DNA of 64,000 nt, from assembly GCA_964016885.1 (NCBI GenBank), contig OZ024744.1, positions 100,130,001 to 100,194,000 of the forward strand, given 5' to 3'. Numbering within the stretch: the first letter of the stretch is position 1; every line of letters begins with the position of its first letter. Shown piece after piece: positions 1 to 15,000 of this stretch. Position numbers and translations under genes: made by a program. The stretch comes from Eledone cirrhosa. Lineage: Eukaryota. The notes beneath the pieces are model-generated. The model ran no database searches and was not told the DNA's origin. It was given only the letters and a program-made list of their open reading frames with translations.

Positions 1-3000
1 TTGTAGCACTGTAAAACAAAGTGGTGGGCATTGTTGGAGAGCTGTAAAGAGACAATAGATGGTGGGAGTTGTAGCACTGTAAAACAGGGTGGTGGGCATG
101 GTTGGAGAGCTGTAAAGAGACAATAGATGGTGGGAGTTGTAGCACTGTAAAACATGGTGGTGGGCATGGTTGGAGAGCTGTAAAGAAACAGTAGAAGGTG
201 GTAGTTGTAGCACTGTAAAACAAGGTGGTGGGCATGGTTGGAGAGCTGTAAAGAAACAATAGATGGTGGTAGTTGTAGCACTGTAAAACAGGGTGGTGGG
301 CATGGTTGGAGAGCTGTAAAGAGACAATAGATGGTGGTAGTTGTAGCACTGTAAATCAGGGTGGTGGGCATTGTTGGAGAGCTGTAAAGAAACAATAGAT
401 GGTGGTAGTTGTAGCACTGTAAAACAGGGTGGTGGGCATGGTTGGAGAGCTGTAAAGAAACAGTAGAAGGTGGTAGTTGTAGCACTGTAAAACAGGGTGG
501 TGGGCATGGTTGGAGAGCTGTAAAGAAACAGTAGATGGTGGTAGTTGTAGCACCGTAAAACAGGGTGGTGGGCATGGATGGAGAGCTGTAAAGATACAGT
601 AGATGGTGGGAGTTCTAGCACTGTAAAACAGGGTGGTGGGCATGGTTGGAGAGCTGTAAAGAAACAATAGATGGTGGTAGTTGTAGCACTGTAAAACAGG
701 GTGGTGGGCATGGTTGGAGAGCTGTAAAGAGACAATAGATTGTGGTAGTTGTAGCACTGTAAAACAGGGTGGTGGGCGTGGTTGGAGAGCTGTAAAGAGA
801 CAATAGATGGTGGTAGTTGTAGCACTGTAAAACAGGGTGGTGGGCATGGTTGGAGAGCTGTAAAGAAACAGTAGATGGTGGTAGTTGTAGTACTGTAAAA
901 CATGGTGGTGGGCATGGTTGGAGAGCTGTAAAGATAACAATAGTTGATGGTAGTTGTAGCTCTGTAAAATATGGTGGTGGGCATGGTTGGAGAGCTGTAA
1001 AGAAACAGTAGATGGTGGTAGTTGTAGCACTGTAAAACAAGGTGGTGGGCATGGTTGGAGAGCTGTAAAGAGACAATAGAAGGTGGTAGTTGTAGCACTG
1101 TAAAACAAGGTGGTGGGCATGGTTGGAGAGATGTAAAGAAACAATAGATGGTGGTAGTTGTAGCACTGTAAAACAGGGTGGTGGGCATGGTTGGAGAGCT
1201 GTAAAGAAACAGTAGAAGGTGGTAGTTGTAGCACTGTAAAACAGGGTGGTGGGCATGGTTGGAGAGCTGTAAAGAAATAGTAGAAGGTGGTAGTTGTAGC
1301 ACTGTAAAACAGGGTGGTGGGCATGGTTGGAGAACTGTAAAGAAACAATAGATGGTGGTAGTTGTAGCACTGTAAAACAGGGTGGTGGGCATGGTTGGAG
1401 AGCTGTAAAGAGACAATAGATGGTGGTAGTTGTAGCACTGTAAATCAGGGTGGTGGGCATGGTTGGAGAGCTGTAAAGAAACAATAGATGGTGGTAGTTG
1501 TAGCACTGTAAAACAGGGTGGTGGGCATGGTTGGAGAGCTGTAAAGAAACAGTAGAAGGTGGTAGTTGTAGCACTGTAAAACAGGGTGGTGGGCATGGTT
1601 GGAGAGCTGTAAAGAAACAGTAGATGGTGGTAGTTGTAGCACTGTAAAACAGGGTGGTGGGCATGGTTGGAGAGCTGTAAAGATACAGTAGATGGTGGGA
1701 TTTGTAGCACTGTAAAACAGGGTGGTGGGCATGGTTGGAGAGCTGTAAAGAAACAATAGATGGTGGTAGTTGTAGCACTGTAAAACAGGGTGGTGGGCAT
1801 GGTTGGAGAGCTGTAAAGAGACAATAGATTGTGGTAGTTGTAACACTGTAAAACAGGGTGGTGGGCATGGTTGGAGAGCTGTAAAGAGACAATAGATGGT
1901 GGTAGTTGTAGCACTGTCAAACAGGGTGGTGGGCATGGTTGGAGAGCTGTAAAGAGACAATAGATGGTGGTAGTTGTAGCACTGTAAAACAGGGTGGTGG
2001 GCATGGTTGGGCAGCTGTAAAGAGACAATAGATGGTGGTAGTTGTAGCACTGTAAAACAGGGTGGTGGGCATGGTTGGAGAGCTGTAAAGAGACAATAGA
2101 TGGTGGTAGTTGTAGCACTGTAAAACAGGGTGGTGGGCATGGTTGGAGAGCTGTAAAGAGACAATAGATGGTGGTAGTTGTAGCACTGTAAAACAGGGTG
2201 GTGGGCATGGTTGGGGAGCTGTAAAGAGACAATAGATGGTGGTAGTTGTAGCACTGTAAAACAGGGTGGTGGGCATGGTTGGAGAGCTGTAAAGAGACAA
2301 TAGATGGTGGTAGTTGTAGCACTGTAAAACAGGGTGGTGGGCATGGTTGGAGAGCTGTAAAGAGACAATAGATGGTGGTAGTTGTAGCACTGTAAAACAG
2401 GGTGGTGGGCATGGTTGGAGAGCTGTAAAGTGACAATAGATGGTGGTAGTTGTAGCACTGTAAAACAGGGTGGTGGGCATGGTTGGAGAGCTGTAAAGAG
2501 ACAATAGATGGTGGGAGTTGTAGCACTGTAAAACAGGGCGGTGGGCATGGTTGGAGAGCTGTAAAGAAACAGTAGAAGGGGGTAGTTGTAGCACTGTAAA
2601 ACAGGGTGGTGGGCATGGTTGGATAGCTGTAAAGAGACAATAGATGGTGGGAGTTGTAGCAGTGTAAAACATGGTGGTGGGCATGGTTGGAGAGCTGAAA
2701 AGAGACAATAGATGGTGGTAGTTGTAGCTGTGTAAAACAGGGTGGTGGGCATGGTTGGAGAGCTGTAAAGAGACAATAGATGGTGGTAGTTGTAGCACTG
2801 TAAAACAGGGTGGTGGGCATGGTTGGAGAGCTGTAAAGAAACAATAGATGGTGGTAGTTGTAGCAGTGTAAAACATGGTGGTGGGCATGGTTGGAGAGCT
2901 GTAAAGAGACAATAGATGGTGGTAGTTGTAGCACTGTAAAACAGGGTGGTGGGCATGGTTGGAGAGCTGTAAAGAGACAATAGATGGTGGGAGTTGTAGC

Positions 3001-6000
3001 ACTGTAAAACAGGGTGGTGGGCATGGTTGGAGAGCTGTAAAGAAACAGTAGAAGGTGGTAGTTGTAGCACTGTAAAACAGGGTGGTTGGCATGGCTGGAG
3101 AGCTGTAAAGAGACAATAGATGGTGGTAGTTGTAGCACTGTAAAACAGGTTGGTTGGCATGGCTGGAGAGCTGTAAAGAGACAATAGATGGTGGTAGTTG
3201 TAGCACTGTAAAACAGGGTGGTGGGCATGGTTGGAGAGCTGTAAAGAAACAATAGATGGTGGTAGTTGTAGCAGTGTAAAACATGGTGGTGGGCATGGTT
3301 GGAGAGCTGTAAAGAGACAATAGATGGTGGTAGTTGTAGCACTGTAAAACAGAGTGGTGGGCATGGTTGGAGAGCTGTAAAGAGACAATAGATGGTGGGA
3401 GTTGTAGCACTGTAAAACAGGGTGGTGGGCATGGTTGGAGAGCTGTAAAGAAACAGTAGAAGGTGGTAGTTGTAGCACTGTAAAACAGGGTAGTTGGCAT
3501 GGCTGGAGAGCTGTAAAGAGACAATAGATGGTGGTAGTTGTAGCACTGTAAAACAGGGTGGTGGGCATGGTTGGAGAGCTGTAAAGAGACAATAGATGGT
3601 GGTAGTTGTAGCACTGTAAAACAGGGTGGTGGGCATGGTTGGAGAGCTGTAAAGAAACAGAAGATGGTGGTAGTTGTAGCACTGTAAAACATGGTGGTGC
3701 GCATGGTTGGAGAGCTGTAAAGAAACAATAGATGGTGGTAGTTGTAGCACTGTAAAACAGGGTGGTGGGCATGGTTGGAGAGCTGTAAAGAGAGAGTAGA
3801 TGGTGGTAGTTGTAGCACTGTAAAACAGGGTGGTGGGCATGGTTGGAGAGCTGTAAAGATAACAATAGATGGTGGTAGTTGTAGCACTGTAAATCAGGGT
3901 GGTGTGCACGGTTGGAGAGCTGTAAAGAAACAATAGATGGTGGTAGTTGTAGCACTGTAAAACAGGGTGGTGGGCATGGTTGGAGAGCTGTAAAGAAACA
4001 GTAGAAGGTGGTAGTTGTAGCACTGTAAAACAGGGTGGTGGGCATGGTTGGAGAGCTGTAAAGAAACAGTAGATGGTGGTAGTTGTAGCACTGTAAAACA
4101 GGGTGGTGGGCATGGTTGGAGAGCTGTAAAGAGACAGTAGATGGTGGGAGTTGTAGCACTGTAAAACAGGCTGGTGGGCATGGTTGGAGAGCTGTAAAGA
4201 AACAATAGATGGTGGTAGTTGTAGCACTGTAAAACAGGGTGGTGGGCATGGTTGGAGAGCTGTAAAGAGACAATAGATGGTGGTAGTTGTAACACTGTAA
4301 AACAGGGTGGTGGGCATGGTTGGAGAGCTGTAAAGAGACAATAGATGGTGGTAGTTGTAGCACTGTAAAAAAGGGTGGTGGGCATGGTTGGAGAGCTGTA
4401 AAGAGACAATAGATGGTGGTAGTTGTAGCACTGTAAACCAGGGTGGTGGGCATGGTTGGAGAGCTGTAAAGAAACAAAAGATGGTGGTAGTTGTAGCACT
4501 GTAAAACAGGGTGGTGGGCATGGTTGGAGAGCTGTAAAGAAACAATAGATGGTGGTAGTTGTAGTACTGTAAAACAGGGTGGTGGGCATGGTTGGAGAGC
4601 TGTAAAGAGACAGTAGATGGTGGTAGTTGTAGCACTGTAAAACAGGGTGGTGGGCATGGCTGGAGAGCTGTAAAGAAACAGTAGAAGGTGGTAGTTGTAG
4701 CACTGTAAAACAGGGTGGTGGGCATGGGTGGAGAGCTGTAAAGAGACAATAGAAGGTGGTAGTTGTAACACTGTAAAACATGGTGGTGGGCATTGTTGGA
4801 GAGCTGTAAAGAGACAATAGAAGGTGGTAGTGGTAGCACTGTAAAACATGGTGGTGGGCATGGTTGGAGAGCTGTAAAGAAACAGTAGAAGGTGGTAGTT
4901 GTAGCACTGTAAAACAGGGTGGTGGGCATGGTTGGAGAGCTGTAAAGAAACAGTAGAAGGTGGTAGTTGTAGCACTGTAAAACAGGGTGGTGGGCATGGT
5001 TGGAGAGCTGTAAAGAAACAATAGATGCTGGGAGTTGTAGCACTGTAAAACAGGGTGGTGGGCATGGTTGGAGAGCTGTAAAGAGACAATAGATGGTGGG
5101 AGTTGTAGCACTGTAAAACAGGGTGGTGGGCATGGTTGGAGAGCTGTAAAGAAACAATAGATGGTGGTAGTTGTAGTACTGTAAAACAGGGTGGTGGGCA
5201 TGGTTGGAGAGCTTTAAAGAGACAGTAGATGGTGGTAGTTGTAACACTGTAAAACAGGGTGGTGGGCATGGTTGGAGAGTTGTATAGAGACAATAGATGG
5301 TGGTAGTTGTAGCACTGTAAAACATGGTGATGGGCATGGTTGGAGAGCTGTAAAGAAACAATAGATGGTGGTAGTTGTAACACTGTAAAACAGGGTGGTG
5401 GGCATGGTTGGAGAGCTGTAGAGAAACAATAGATGGTGGGAGTTGTAGCACTGTAAAACAGGGTGGCGGGCATGGTTGGAGAGCTGTAAAGAAACAGTAG
5501 ATGGTGGGAGTTGTAGCACTGTAAAACAGGGTGGTGGGCATGGTTGGAGAGCTGTAAAGAAACAGTAGAAGGTGGTAGTTGTAGCACTGTAAAACAGGGT
5601 GGTGGGCATGGTTGGAGAGCTGTGAAGAGACAGTAGAAGTTGGTAGTTGTAGCACTGTAAAACATGGTGGTGGGCATGGTTGGAGAGCTGTAAAGAGACA
5701 GTAGATGGTGGTAGTTGTAGCACTGTAAAACATGGTGGTGGGCATGGTTGGAGAGCTGTAAAGAGACAGTAGATGGTGGTAGTTGTAGCACTGTAAAACA
5801 TGGTGGTGGGCATGGTTGGAGAGCTGTAAAGAAACAATAGATGGTGGGAGTTGTAGCAGTGTAAAACAGGGTGGTGGGCATGTTTGGAGAGCTGTAAAGA
5901 AACAGTAGAAGGTGGTAGTTGTAGCACTGTAAAGAAACAGTAGAAGGTGGTAGTTGTAGCACTGTAAAACAGGGTGGTGGGCATGGTTGGAGAGCTGTAA

Positions 6001-9000
6001 AGAAACAATAGATGGTGGTAGTGGTAGCACTGTAAAACAGGGTGGTGGGCATGGTTGGAGAGCTGTAAAGAGACAGTAGATGGTGGTAGTTGTAGCACTG
6101 TAAAACAGAGTGGTGGGCATGGTTGGAGAGCTGTAAAGAGACAGTAGATGGTGGTAGTTGTAGCACTGTAAACAGGGTGGTGGGCATGGTTGGAGAGCTG
6201 TAAAGAAACAATGGAAGGTGGTAGTTGTAGCACTGTAAAACAGGGTGGTGGGCATGGTTGGAGAGCTGTAAAGAGACAATAGATGGTGGTAGTTGTAGCA
6301 CTGTAAAACAAGGTGGTGGGCATCGTTGGAGAGCTGTAAAGAGACAGTAGATGGTGGGAGTTGTAGCACTGTAAAACAGGGTGGTGGGCATGGTTGGAGA
6401 GTTGTAAAGAGACAATAGATGGTGGTAGTTGTAGTACTGTAAAACAGGGTGGGCATGGTTGGAGAGCTGTAAAGAAACAATAGATGGTGTTAGTTGTAGC
6501 ACTGTAAAACAGGGTGGTGGGCATGGTTGGAGAGCTGTAAAGAAACAATAGATGGTGGGAGTTGTAGCACTGTAAAACAGGGTGGTGGGCATGGTTGGAG
6601 AGCTGTAAAGAAACAGTAGAAGGTGGTAGTTGTAGCACTGTAAAACAGGGTGGTGGGCATGGTTGGAGAGCTGTGAAGAGACAGTAGAAGGTGGTAGTTG
6701 TAGCACTGTAAAACATGGTGGTGGGCATGGTTGGAGAGCTGTAAAGAGACAGTAGATGGTGGTAGTTGTAGCACTGTAAAACATGGTGGTGGGCATGGTT
6801 GGAGAGCTGTAAAGAGACAGTAGATGGTGGTAGTTGTAGCACTGTAAAACAGGGTGGTGGGCATGGTTGGAGAGCTGTGAAGAGACAGTAGAAGTTGGTA
6901 GTTGTAGCACTGTAAAACATGGTGGTGGGCATGGTTGGAGAGCTGTAAAGAGACAGTAGATGGTGGTAGTTGTAGCACTGTAAAACATGGTGGTGGGCAT
7001 GGTTGGAGAGCTGTAAAGAGACAGTAGATGGTGGTAGTTGTAGCACTGTAAAACATGGTGGTGGGCATGGTTGGAGAGCTGTAAAGAAACAATAGATGGT
7101 GGGAGTTGTAGCAGTGTAAAACAGGGTGGTGGGCATGTTTGGAGAGCTGTAAAGAAACAGTAGAAGGTGGTAGTTGTAGCACTGTAAAGAAACAGTAGAA
7201 GGTGGTAGTTGTAGCACTGTAAAACAGGGTGGTGGGCATGGTTGGAGAGCTGTAAAGAAACAATAGATGGTGGTAGTGGTAGCACTGTAAAACAGGGTGG
7301 TGGGCATGGTTGGAGAGCTGTAAAGAGACAGTAGATGGTGGTAGTTGTAGCACTGTAAAACAGAGTGGTGGGCATGGTTGGAGAGCTGTAAAGAGACAGT
7401 AGATGGTGGTAGTTGTAGCACTGTAAACAGGGTGGTGGGCATGGTTGGAGAGCTGTAAAGAAACAATGGAAGGTGGTAGTTGTAGCACTGTAAAACAGGG
7501 TGGTGGGCATGGTTGGAGAGCTGTAAAGAGACAATAGATGGTGGTAGTTGTAGCACTGTAAAACAAGGTGGTGGGCATCGTTGGAGAGCTGTAAAGAGAC
7601 AGTAGATGGTGGGAGTTGTAGCACTGTAAAACAGGGTGGTGGGCATGGTTGGAGAGTTGTAAAGAGACAATAGATGGTGGTAGTTGTAGTACTGTAAAAC
7701 AGGGTGGGCATGGTTGGAGAGCTGTAAAGAAACAATAGATGGTGTTAGTTGTAGCACTGTAAAACAGGGTGGTGGGCATGGTTGGAGAGCTGTAAAGAAA
7801 CAATAGATGGTGGGAGTTGTAGCACTGTAAAACAGGGTGGTGGGCATGGTTGGAGAGCTGTAAAGAAACAGTAGAAGGTGGTAGTTGTAGCACTGTAAAA
7901 CAGGGTGGTGGGCATGGTTGGAGAGCTGTGAAGAGACAGTAGAAGGTGGTAGTTGTAGCACTGTAAAACATGGTGGTGGGCATGGTTGGAGAGCTGTAAA
8001 GAGACAGTAGATGGTGGTAGTTGTAGCACTGTAAAACATGGTGGTGGGCATGGTTGGAGAGCTGTAAAGAGACAGTAGATGGTGGTAGTTGTAGCACTGT
8101 AAAACATGGTGGTGGGCATGGTTGGAGAGCTGTAAAGAAACAATAGATGGTGGGAGTTGTAGCAGTGTAAAACAGGGTGGTGGGCATGGTTGGAGAGCTG
8201 TAAAGAAACAGTAGAAGGTGGTAGTTGTAGCACTGTAAAACAGGGTGGTGGGCATGGTTGGAGAGCTGTAAAGAAACAGTAGAAGGTGGTAGTTGTAGCA
8301 CTGTAAAACATGGTGGTGGGCATGGTTGGAGAGCTGTAAAGAAACAGTAGAAGGTGGTAGTTGTAGCACTGTAAAACAGGGTGGTGGGCATGGTTGGAGA
8401 GCTGTAAAGAAACAATAGATGTTGGTAGTTGTAACACTGTAAAACAGGGTGGTGGGCATGGTTGGAGAGCTGTAAAGAGACAATAGATGGTGGTAGTTGT
8501 AGCACTGTCAAACAGGGTGGTGGGCATGGTTGGAGAGCTGTAAAGAGACAATAGATGGTGGTAGTTGTAGCACTGTAAAACAGGGTGGTGGGCATGGTTG
8601 GGCAGCTGTAAAGAGACAATAGATGGTGGTAGTTGTAGCACTGTAAAACAGGGTGGTGGGCATGGTTGGAGAGCTGTAAAGAGACAATAGATGGTGGTAG
8701 TTGTAGCACTGTAAAACAGGGTGGTGGGCATGGTTGGAGAGCTGTAAAGAGACAATAGATGGTGGTAGTTGTAGCACTGTAAAACAGGGTGGTGGGCATG
8801 GTTGGGGAGCTGTAAAGAGACAATAGATGGTGGTAGTTGTAGCACTGTAAAACAGGGTGGTGGGCATGGTTGGAGAGCTGTAAAGAGACAATAGATGGTG
8901 GTAGTTGTAGCACTGTAAAACAGGGTGGTGGGCATGGTTGGAGAGCTGTAAAGAGACAATAGATGGTGGTAGTTGTAGCACTGTAAAACAGGGTGGTGGG

Positions 9001-12000
9001 CATGGTTGGAGAGCTGTAAAGTGACAATAGATGGTGGTAGTTGTAGCACTGTAAAACAGGGTGGTGGGCATGGTTGGAGAGCTGTAAAGAGACAATAGAT
9101 GGTGGGAGTTGTAGCACTGTAAAACAGGGCGGTGGGCATGGTTGGAGAGCTGTAAAGAAACAGTAGAAGGGGGTAGTTGTAGCACTGTAAAACAGGGTGG
9201 TGGGCATGGTTGGATAGCTGTAAAGAGACAATAGATGGTGGGAGTTGTAGCAGTGTAAAACATGGTGGTGGGCATGGTTGGAGAGCTGAAAAGAGACAAT
9301 AGATGGTGGTAGTTGTAGCTGTGTAAAACAGGGTGGTGGGCATGGTTGGAGAGCTGTAAAGAGACAATAGATGGTGGTAGTTGTAGCACTGTAAAACAGG
9401 GTGGTGGGCATGGTTGGAGAGCTGTAAAGAAACAATAGATGGTGGTAGTTGTAGCAGTGTAAAACATGGTGGTGGGCATGGTTGGAGAGCTGTAAAGAGA
9501 CAATAGATGGTGGTAGTTGTAGCACTGTAAAACAGGGTGGTGGGCATGGTTGGAGAGCTGTAAAGAGACAATAGATGGTGGGAGTTGTAGCACTGTAAAA
9601 CAGGGTGGTGGGCATGGTTGGAGAGCTGTAAAGAAACAGTAGAAGGTGGTAGTTGTAGCACTGTAAAACAGGGTGGTTGGCATGGCTGGAGAGCTGTAAA
9701 GAGACAATAGATGGTGGTAGTTGTAGCACTGTAAAACAGGTTGGTTGGCATGGCTGGAGAGCTGTAAAGAGACAATAGATGGTGGTAGTTGTAGCACTGT
9801 AAAACAGGGTGGTGGGCATGGTTGGAGAGCTGTAAAGAAACAATAGATGGTGGTAGTTGTAGCAGTGTAAAACATGGTGGTGGGCATGGTTGGAGAGCTG
9901 TAAAGAGACAATAGATGGTGGTAGTTGTAGCACTGTAAAACAGAGTGGTGGGCATGGTTGGAGAGCTGTAAAGAGACAATAGATGGTGGGAGTTGTAGCA
10001 CTGTAAAACAGGGTGGTGGGCATGGTTGGAGAGCTGTAAAGAAACAGTAGAAGGTGGTAGTTGTAGCACTGTAAAACAGGGTAGTTGGCATGGCTGGAGA
10101 GCTGTAAAGAGACAATAGATGGTGGTAGTTGTAGCACTGTAAAACAGGGTGGTGGGCATGGTTGGAGAGCTGTAAAGAGACAATAGATGGTGGTAGTTGT
10201 AGCACTGTAAAACAGGGTGGTGGGCATGGTTGGAGAGCTGTAAAGAAACAGAAGATGGTGGTAGTTGTAGCACTGTAAAACATGGTGGTGCGCATGGTTG
10301 GAGAGCTGTAAAGAAACAATAGATGGTGGTAGTTGTAGCACTGTAAAACAGGGTGGTGGGCATGGTTGGAGAGCTGTAAAGAGAGAGTAGATGGTGGTAG
10401 TTGTAGCACTGTAAAACAGGGTGGTGGGCATGGTTGGAGAGCTGTAAAGATAACAATAGATGGTGGTAGTTGTAGCACTGTAAATCAGGGTGGTGTGCAC
10501 GGTTGGAGAGCTGTAAAGAAACAATAGATGGTGGTAGTTGTAGCACTGTAAAACAGGGTGGTGGGCATGGTTGGAGAGCTGTAAAGAAACAGTAGAAGGT
10601 GGTAGTTGTAGCACTGTAAAACAGGGTGGTGGGCATGGTTGGAGAGCTGTAAAGAAACAGTAGATGGTGGTAGTTGTAGCACTGTAAAACAGGGTGGTGG
10701 GCATGGTTGGAGAGCTGTAAAGAGACAGTAGATGGTGGGAGTTGTAGCACTGTAAAACAGGCTGGTGGGCATGGTTGGAGAGCTGTAAAGAAACAATAGA
10801 TGGTGGTAGTTGTAGCACTGTAAAACAGGGTGGTGGGCATGGTTGGAGAGCTGTAAAGAGACAATAGATGGTGGTAGTTGTAACACTGTAAAACAGGGTG
10901 GTGGGCATGGTTGGAGAGCTGTAAAGAGACAATAGATGGTGGTAGTTGTAGCACTGTAAAAAAGGGTGGTGGGCATGGTTGGAGAGCTGTAAAGAGACAA
11001 TAGATGGTGGTAGTTGTAGCACTGTAAACCAGGGTGGTGGGCATGGTTGGAGAGCTGTAAAGAAACAAAAGATGGTGGTAGTTGTAGCACTGTAAAACAG
11101 GGTGGTGGGCATGGTTGGAGAGCTGTAAAGAAACAATAGATGGTGGTAGTTGTAGTACTGTAAAACAGGGTGGTGGGCATGGTTGGAGAGCTGTAAAGAG
11201 ACAGTAGATGGTGGTAGTTGTAGCACTGTAAAACAGGGTGGTGGGCATGGCTGGAGAGCTGTAAAGAAACAGTAGAAGGTGGTAGTTGTAGCACTGTAAA
11301 ACAGGGTGGTGGGCATGGGTGGAGAGCTGTAAAGAGACAATAGAAGGTGGTAGTTGTAACACTGTAAAACATGGTGGTGGGCATTGTTGGAGAGCTGTAA
11401 AGAGACAATAGAAGGTGGTAGTGGTAGCACTGTAAAACATGGTGGTGGGCATGGTTGGAGAGCTGTAAAGAAACAGTAGAAGGTGGTAGTTGTAGCACTG
11501 TAAAACAGGGTGGTGGGCATGGTTGGAGAGCTGTAAAGAAACAGTAGAAGGTGGTAGTTGTAGCACTGTAAAACAGGGTGGTGGGCATGGTTGGAGAGCT
11601 GTAAAGAAACAATAGATGCTGGGAGTTGTAGCACTGTAAAACAGGGTGGTGGGCATGGTTGGAGAGCTGTAAAGAGACAATAGATGGTGGGAGTTGTAGC
11701 ACTGTAAAACAGGGTGGTGGGCATGGTTGGAGAGCTGTAAAGAAACAATAGATGGTGGTAGTTGTAGTACTGTAAAACAGGGTGGTGGGCATGGTTGGAG
11801 AGCTTTAAAGAGACAGTAGATGGTGGTAGTTGTAACACTGTAAAACAGGGTGGTGGGCATGGTTGGAGAGTTGTATAGAGACAATAGATGGTGGTAGTTG
11901 TAGCACTGTAAAACATGGTGATGGGCATGGTTGGAGAGCTGTAAAGAAACAATAGATGGTGGTAGTTGTAACACTGTAAAACAGGGTGGTGGGCATGGTT

Positions 12001-15000
12001 GGAGAGCTGTAGAGAAACAATAGATGGTGGGAGTTGTAGCACTGTAAAACAGGGTGGCGGGCATGGTTGGAGAGCTGTAAAGAAACAGTAGATGGTGGGA
12101 GTTGTAGCACTGTAAAACAGGGTGGTGGGCATGGTTGGAGAGCTGTAAAGAAACAGTAGAAGGTGGTAGTTGTAGCACTGTAAAACAGGGTGGTGGGCAT
12201 GGTTGGAGAGCTGTGAAGAGACAGTAGAAGTTGGTAGTTGTAGCACTGTAAAACATGGTGGTGGGCATGGTTGGAGAGCTGTAAAGAGACAGTAGATGGT
12301 GGTAGTTGTAGCACTGTAAAACATGGTGGTGGGCATGGTTGGAGAGCTGTAAAGAGACAGTAGATGGTGGTAGTTGTAGCACTGTAAAACATGGTGGTGG
12401 GCATGGTTGGAGAGCTGTAAAGAAACAATAGATGGTGGGAGTTGTAGCAGTGTAAAACAGGGTGGTGGGCATGTTTGGAGAGCTGTAAAGAAACAGTAGA
12501 AGGTGGTAGTTGTAGCACTGTAAAGAAACAGTAGAAGGTGGTAGTTGTAGCACTGTAAAACAGGGTGGTGGGCATGGTTGGAGAGCTGTAAAGAAACAAT
12601 AGATGGTGGTAGTGGTAGCACTGTAAAACAGGGTGGTGGGCATGGTTGGAGAGCTGTAAAGAGACAGTAGATGGTGGTAGTTGTAGCACTGTAAAACAGA
12701 GTGGTGGGCATGGTTGGAGAGCTGTAAAGAGACAGTAGATGGTGGTAGTTGTAGCACTGTAAACAGGGTGGTGGGCATGGTTGGAGAGCTGTAAAGAAAC
12801 AATGGAAGGTGGTAGTTGTAGCACTGTAAAACAGGGTGGTGGGCATGGTTGGAGAGCTGTAAAGAGACAATAGATGGTGGTAGTTGTAGCACTGTAAAAC
12901 AAGGTGGTGGGCATCGTTGGAGAGCTGTAAAGAGACAGTAGATGGTGGGAGTTGTAGCACTGTAAAACAGGGTGGTGGGCATGGTTGGAGAGTTGTAAAG
13001 AGACAATAGATGGTGGTAGTTGTAGTACTGTAAAACAGGGTGGGCATGGTTGGAGAGCTGTAAAGAAACAATAGATGGTGTTAGTTGTAGCACTGTAAAA
13101 CAGGGTGGTGGGCATGGTTGGAGAGCTGTAAAGAAACAATAGATGGTGGGAGTTGTAGCACTGTAAAACAGGGTGGTGGGCATGGTTGGAGAGCTGTAAA
13201 GAAACAGTAGAAGGTGGTAGTTGTAGCACTGTAAAACAGGGTGGTGGGCATGGTTGGAGAGCTGTGAAGAGACAGTAGAAGGTGGTAGTTGTAGCACTGT
13301 AAAACATGGTGGTGGGCATGGTTGGAGAGCTGTAAAGAGACAGTAGATGGTGGTAGTTGTAGCACTGTAAAACATGGTGGTGGGCATGGTTGGAGAGCTG
13401 TAAAGAGACAGTAGATGGTGGTAGTTGTAGCACTGTAAAACATGGTGGTGGGCATGGTTGGAGAGCTGTAAAGAAACAATAGATGGTGGGAGTTGTAGCA
13501 GTGTAAAACAGGGTGGTGGGCATGGTTGGAGAGCTGTAAAGAAACAGTAGAAGGTGGTAGTTGTAGCACTGTAAAACAGGGTGGTGGGCATGGTTGGAGA
13601 GCTGTAAAGAAACAGTAGAAGGTGGTAGTTGTAGCACTGTAAAACATGGTGGTGGGCATGGTTGGAGAGCTGTAAAGAAACAGTAGAAGGTGGTAGTTGT
13701 AGCACTGTAAAACAGGGTGGTGGGCATGGTTGGAGAGCTGTAAAGAAACAATAGATGTTGGTAGTTGTAGCACTGTAAAACAGGGTGGTGGGCATGGTTG
13801 GAGAGCTGTAAAGAGACAGTAGATGGTGGTAGTTGTAGCAGTGTAAAACAGGGTGGTGGGCATGGTTGGAGAGCTGTAAAGAAACAGTAGAAGGTGGTAG
13901 TTGTAGCACTGTAAAACAGGGTGGTGGGCATGGTTGGAGAGCTGTAAAGAAACAGTAGAAGGTGGTAGTTGTAGCACTGTAAAACATGGTGGTGGGCATG
14001 GTTGGAGAGCTGTAAAGAAACAGTAGAAGGTGGTAGTTGTAGCACTGTAAAACAGGGTGGTGGGCATGGTTGGAGAGCTGTAAAGAGACAGTAGATGGTG
14101 GTAGTTGTAGCACTGTAAAACAGGGTGGTGGGCATGGTTGGAGAGCTGTAAAGAGACAGTAGATGGTGGTAGTTGTAGCACTGTAAACAGGGTGGTGGGC
14201 ATGGTTGGAGAGCTGTAAAGAAACAATGGAAGGTGGTAGTTGTAGCACTGTAAAACAGGGTGGTGGGCATGGTTGGAGACCTGTAAAGAGACAATAGATG
14301 GTGGTAGTTGTAGCACTGTAAAACAAGGTGGTGGGCATCGTTGGAGAGCTGTAAAGAAACAGTAGATGGTGGGAGTTGTAGCACTGTAAAACAGGGTGGT
14401 GGGCATGGTTGGAGAGTTGTAAAGAGACAATAGATGGTGGTAGTTGTAGTACTGTAAAACAGGGTGGGCATGGTTGGAGAGCTGTAAAGAAACAATAGAT
14501 GGTGTTAGTTGTAGCACTGTAAAACAGGGTGGTGGGCATGGTTGGAGAGTTGTAAAGAAACAATAGATGGTGGGAGTTGTAGCACTGTAAAACAGGGTGG
14601 TGGGCATGGTTGGAGAGCTGTAAAGAAACAGTAGAAGGTGGTAGTTGTAGCACTGTAAAACAGGGTGGTGGGCATGGTTGGAGAGCTGTGAAGAGACAGT
14701 AGAAGGTGGTAGTTGTAGCACTGTAAAACATGGTGGTGGGCATGGTTGGAGAGCTGTAAAGAAACAGTAGAAGGTGGTAGTTGTAGCACTGTAAAACAGG
14801 GTGGTGGGCATGGTTGGAGAGCTGTAAAGAAACAATAGATGGTGGTAGTTGTAGCACTGTAAAACAGGGTGGTGGGCATGGTTGGAGAGCTGTAAAGAGA
14901 CAGTAGATGGTGGTAGTTGTAGCACTGTAAAACAGGGTGGTGGGCATGGTTGGAGAGCTGTAAAGAGACAGTAGATGGTGGTAGTTGTAGCACTGTAAAA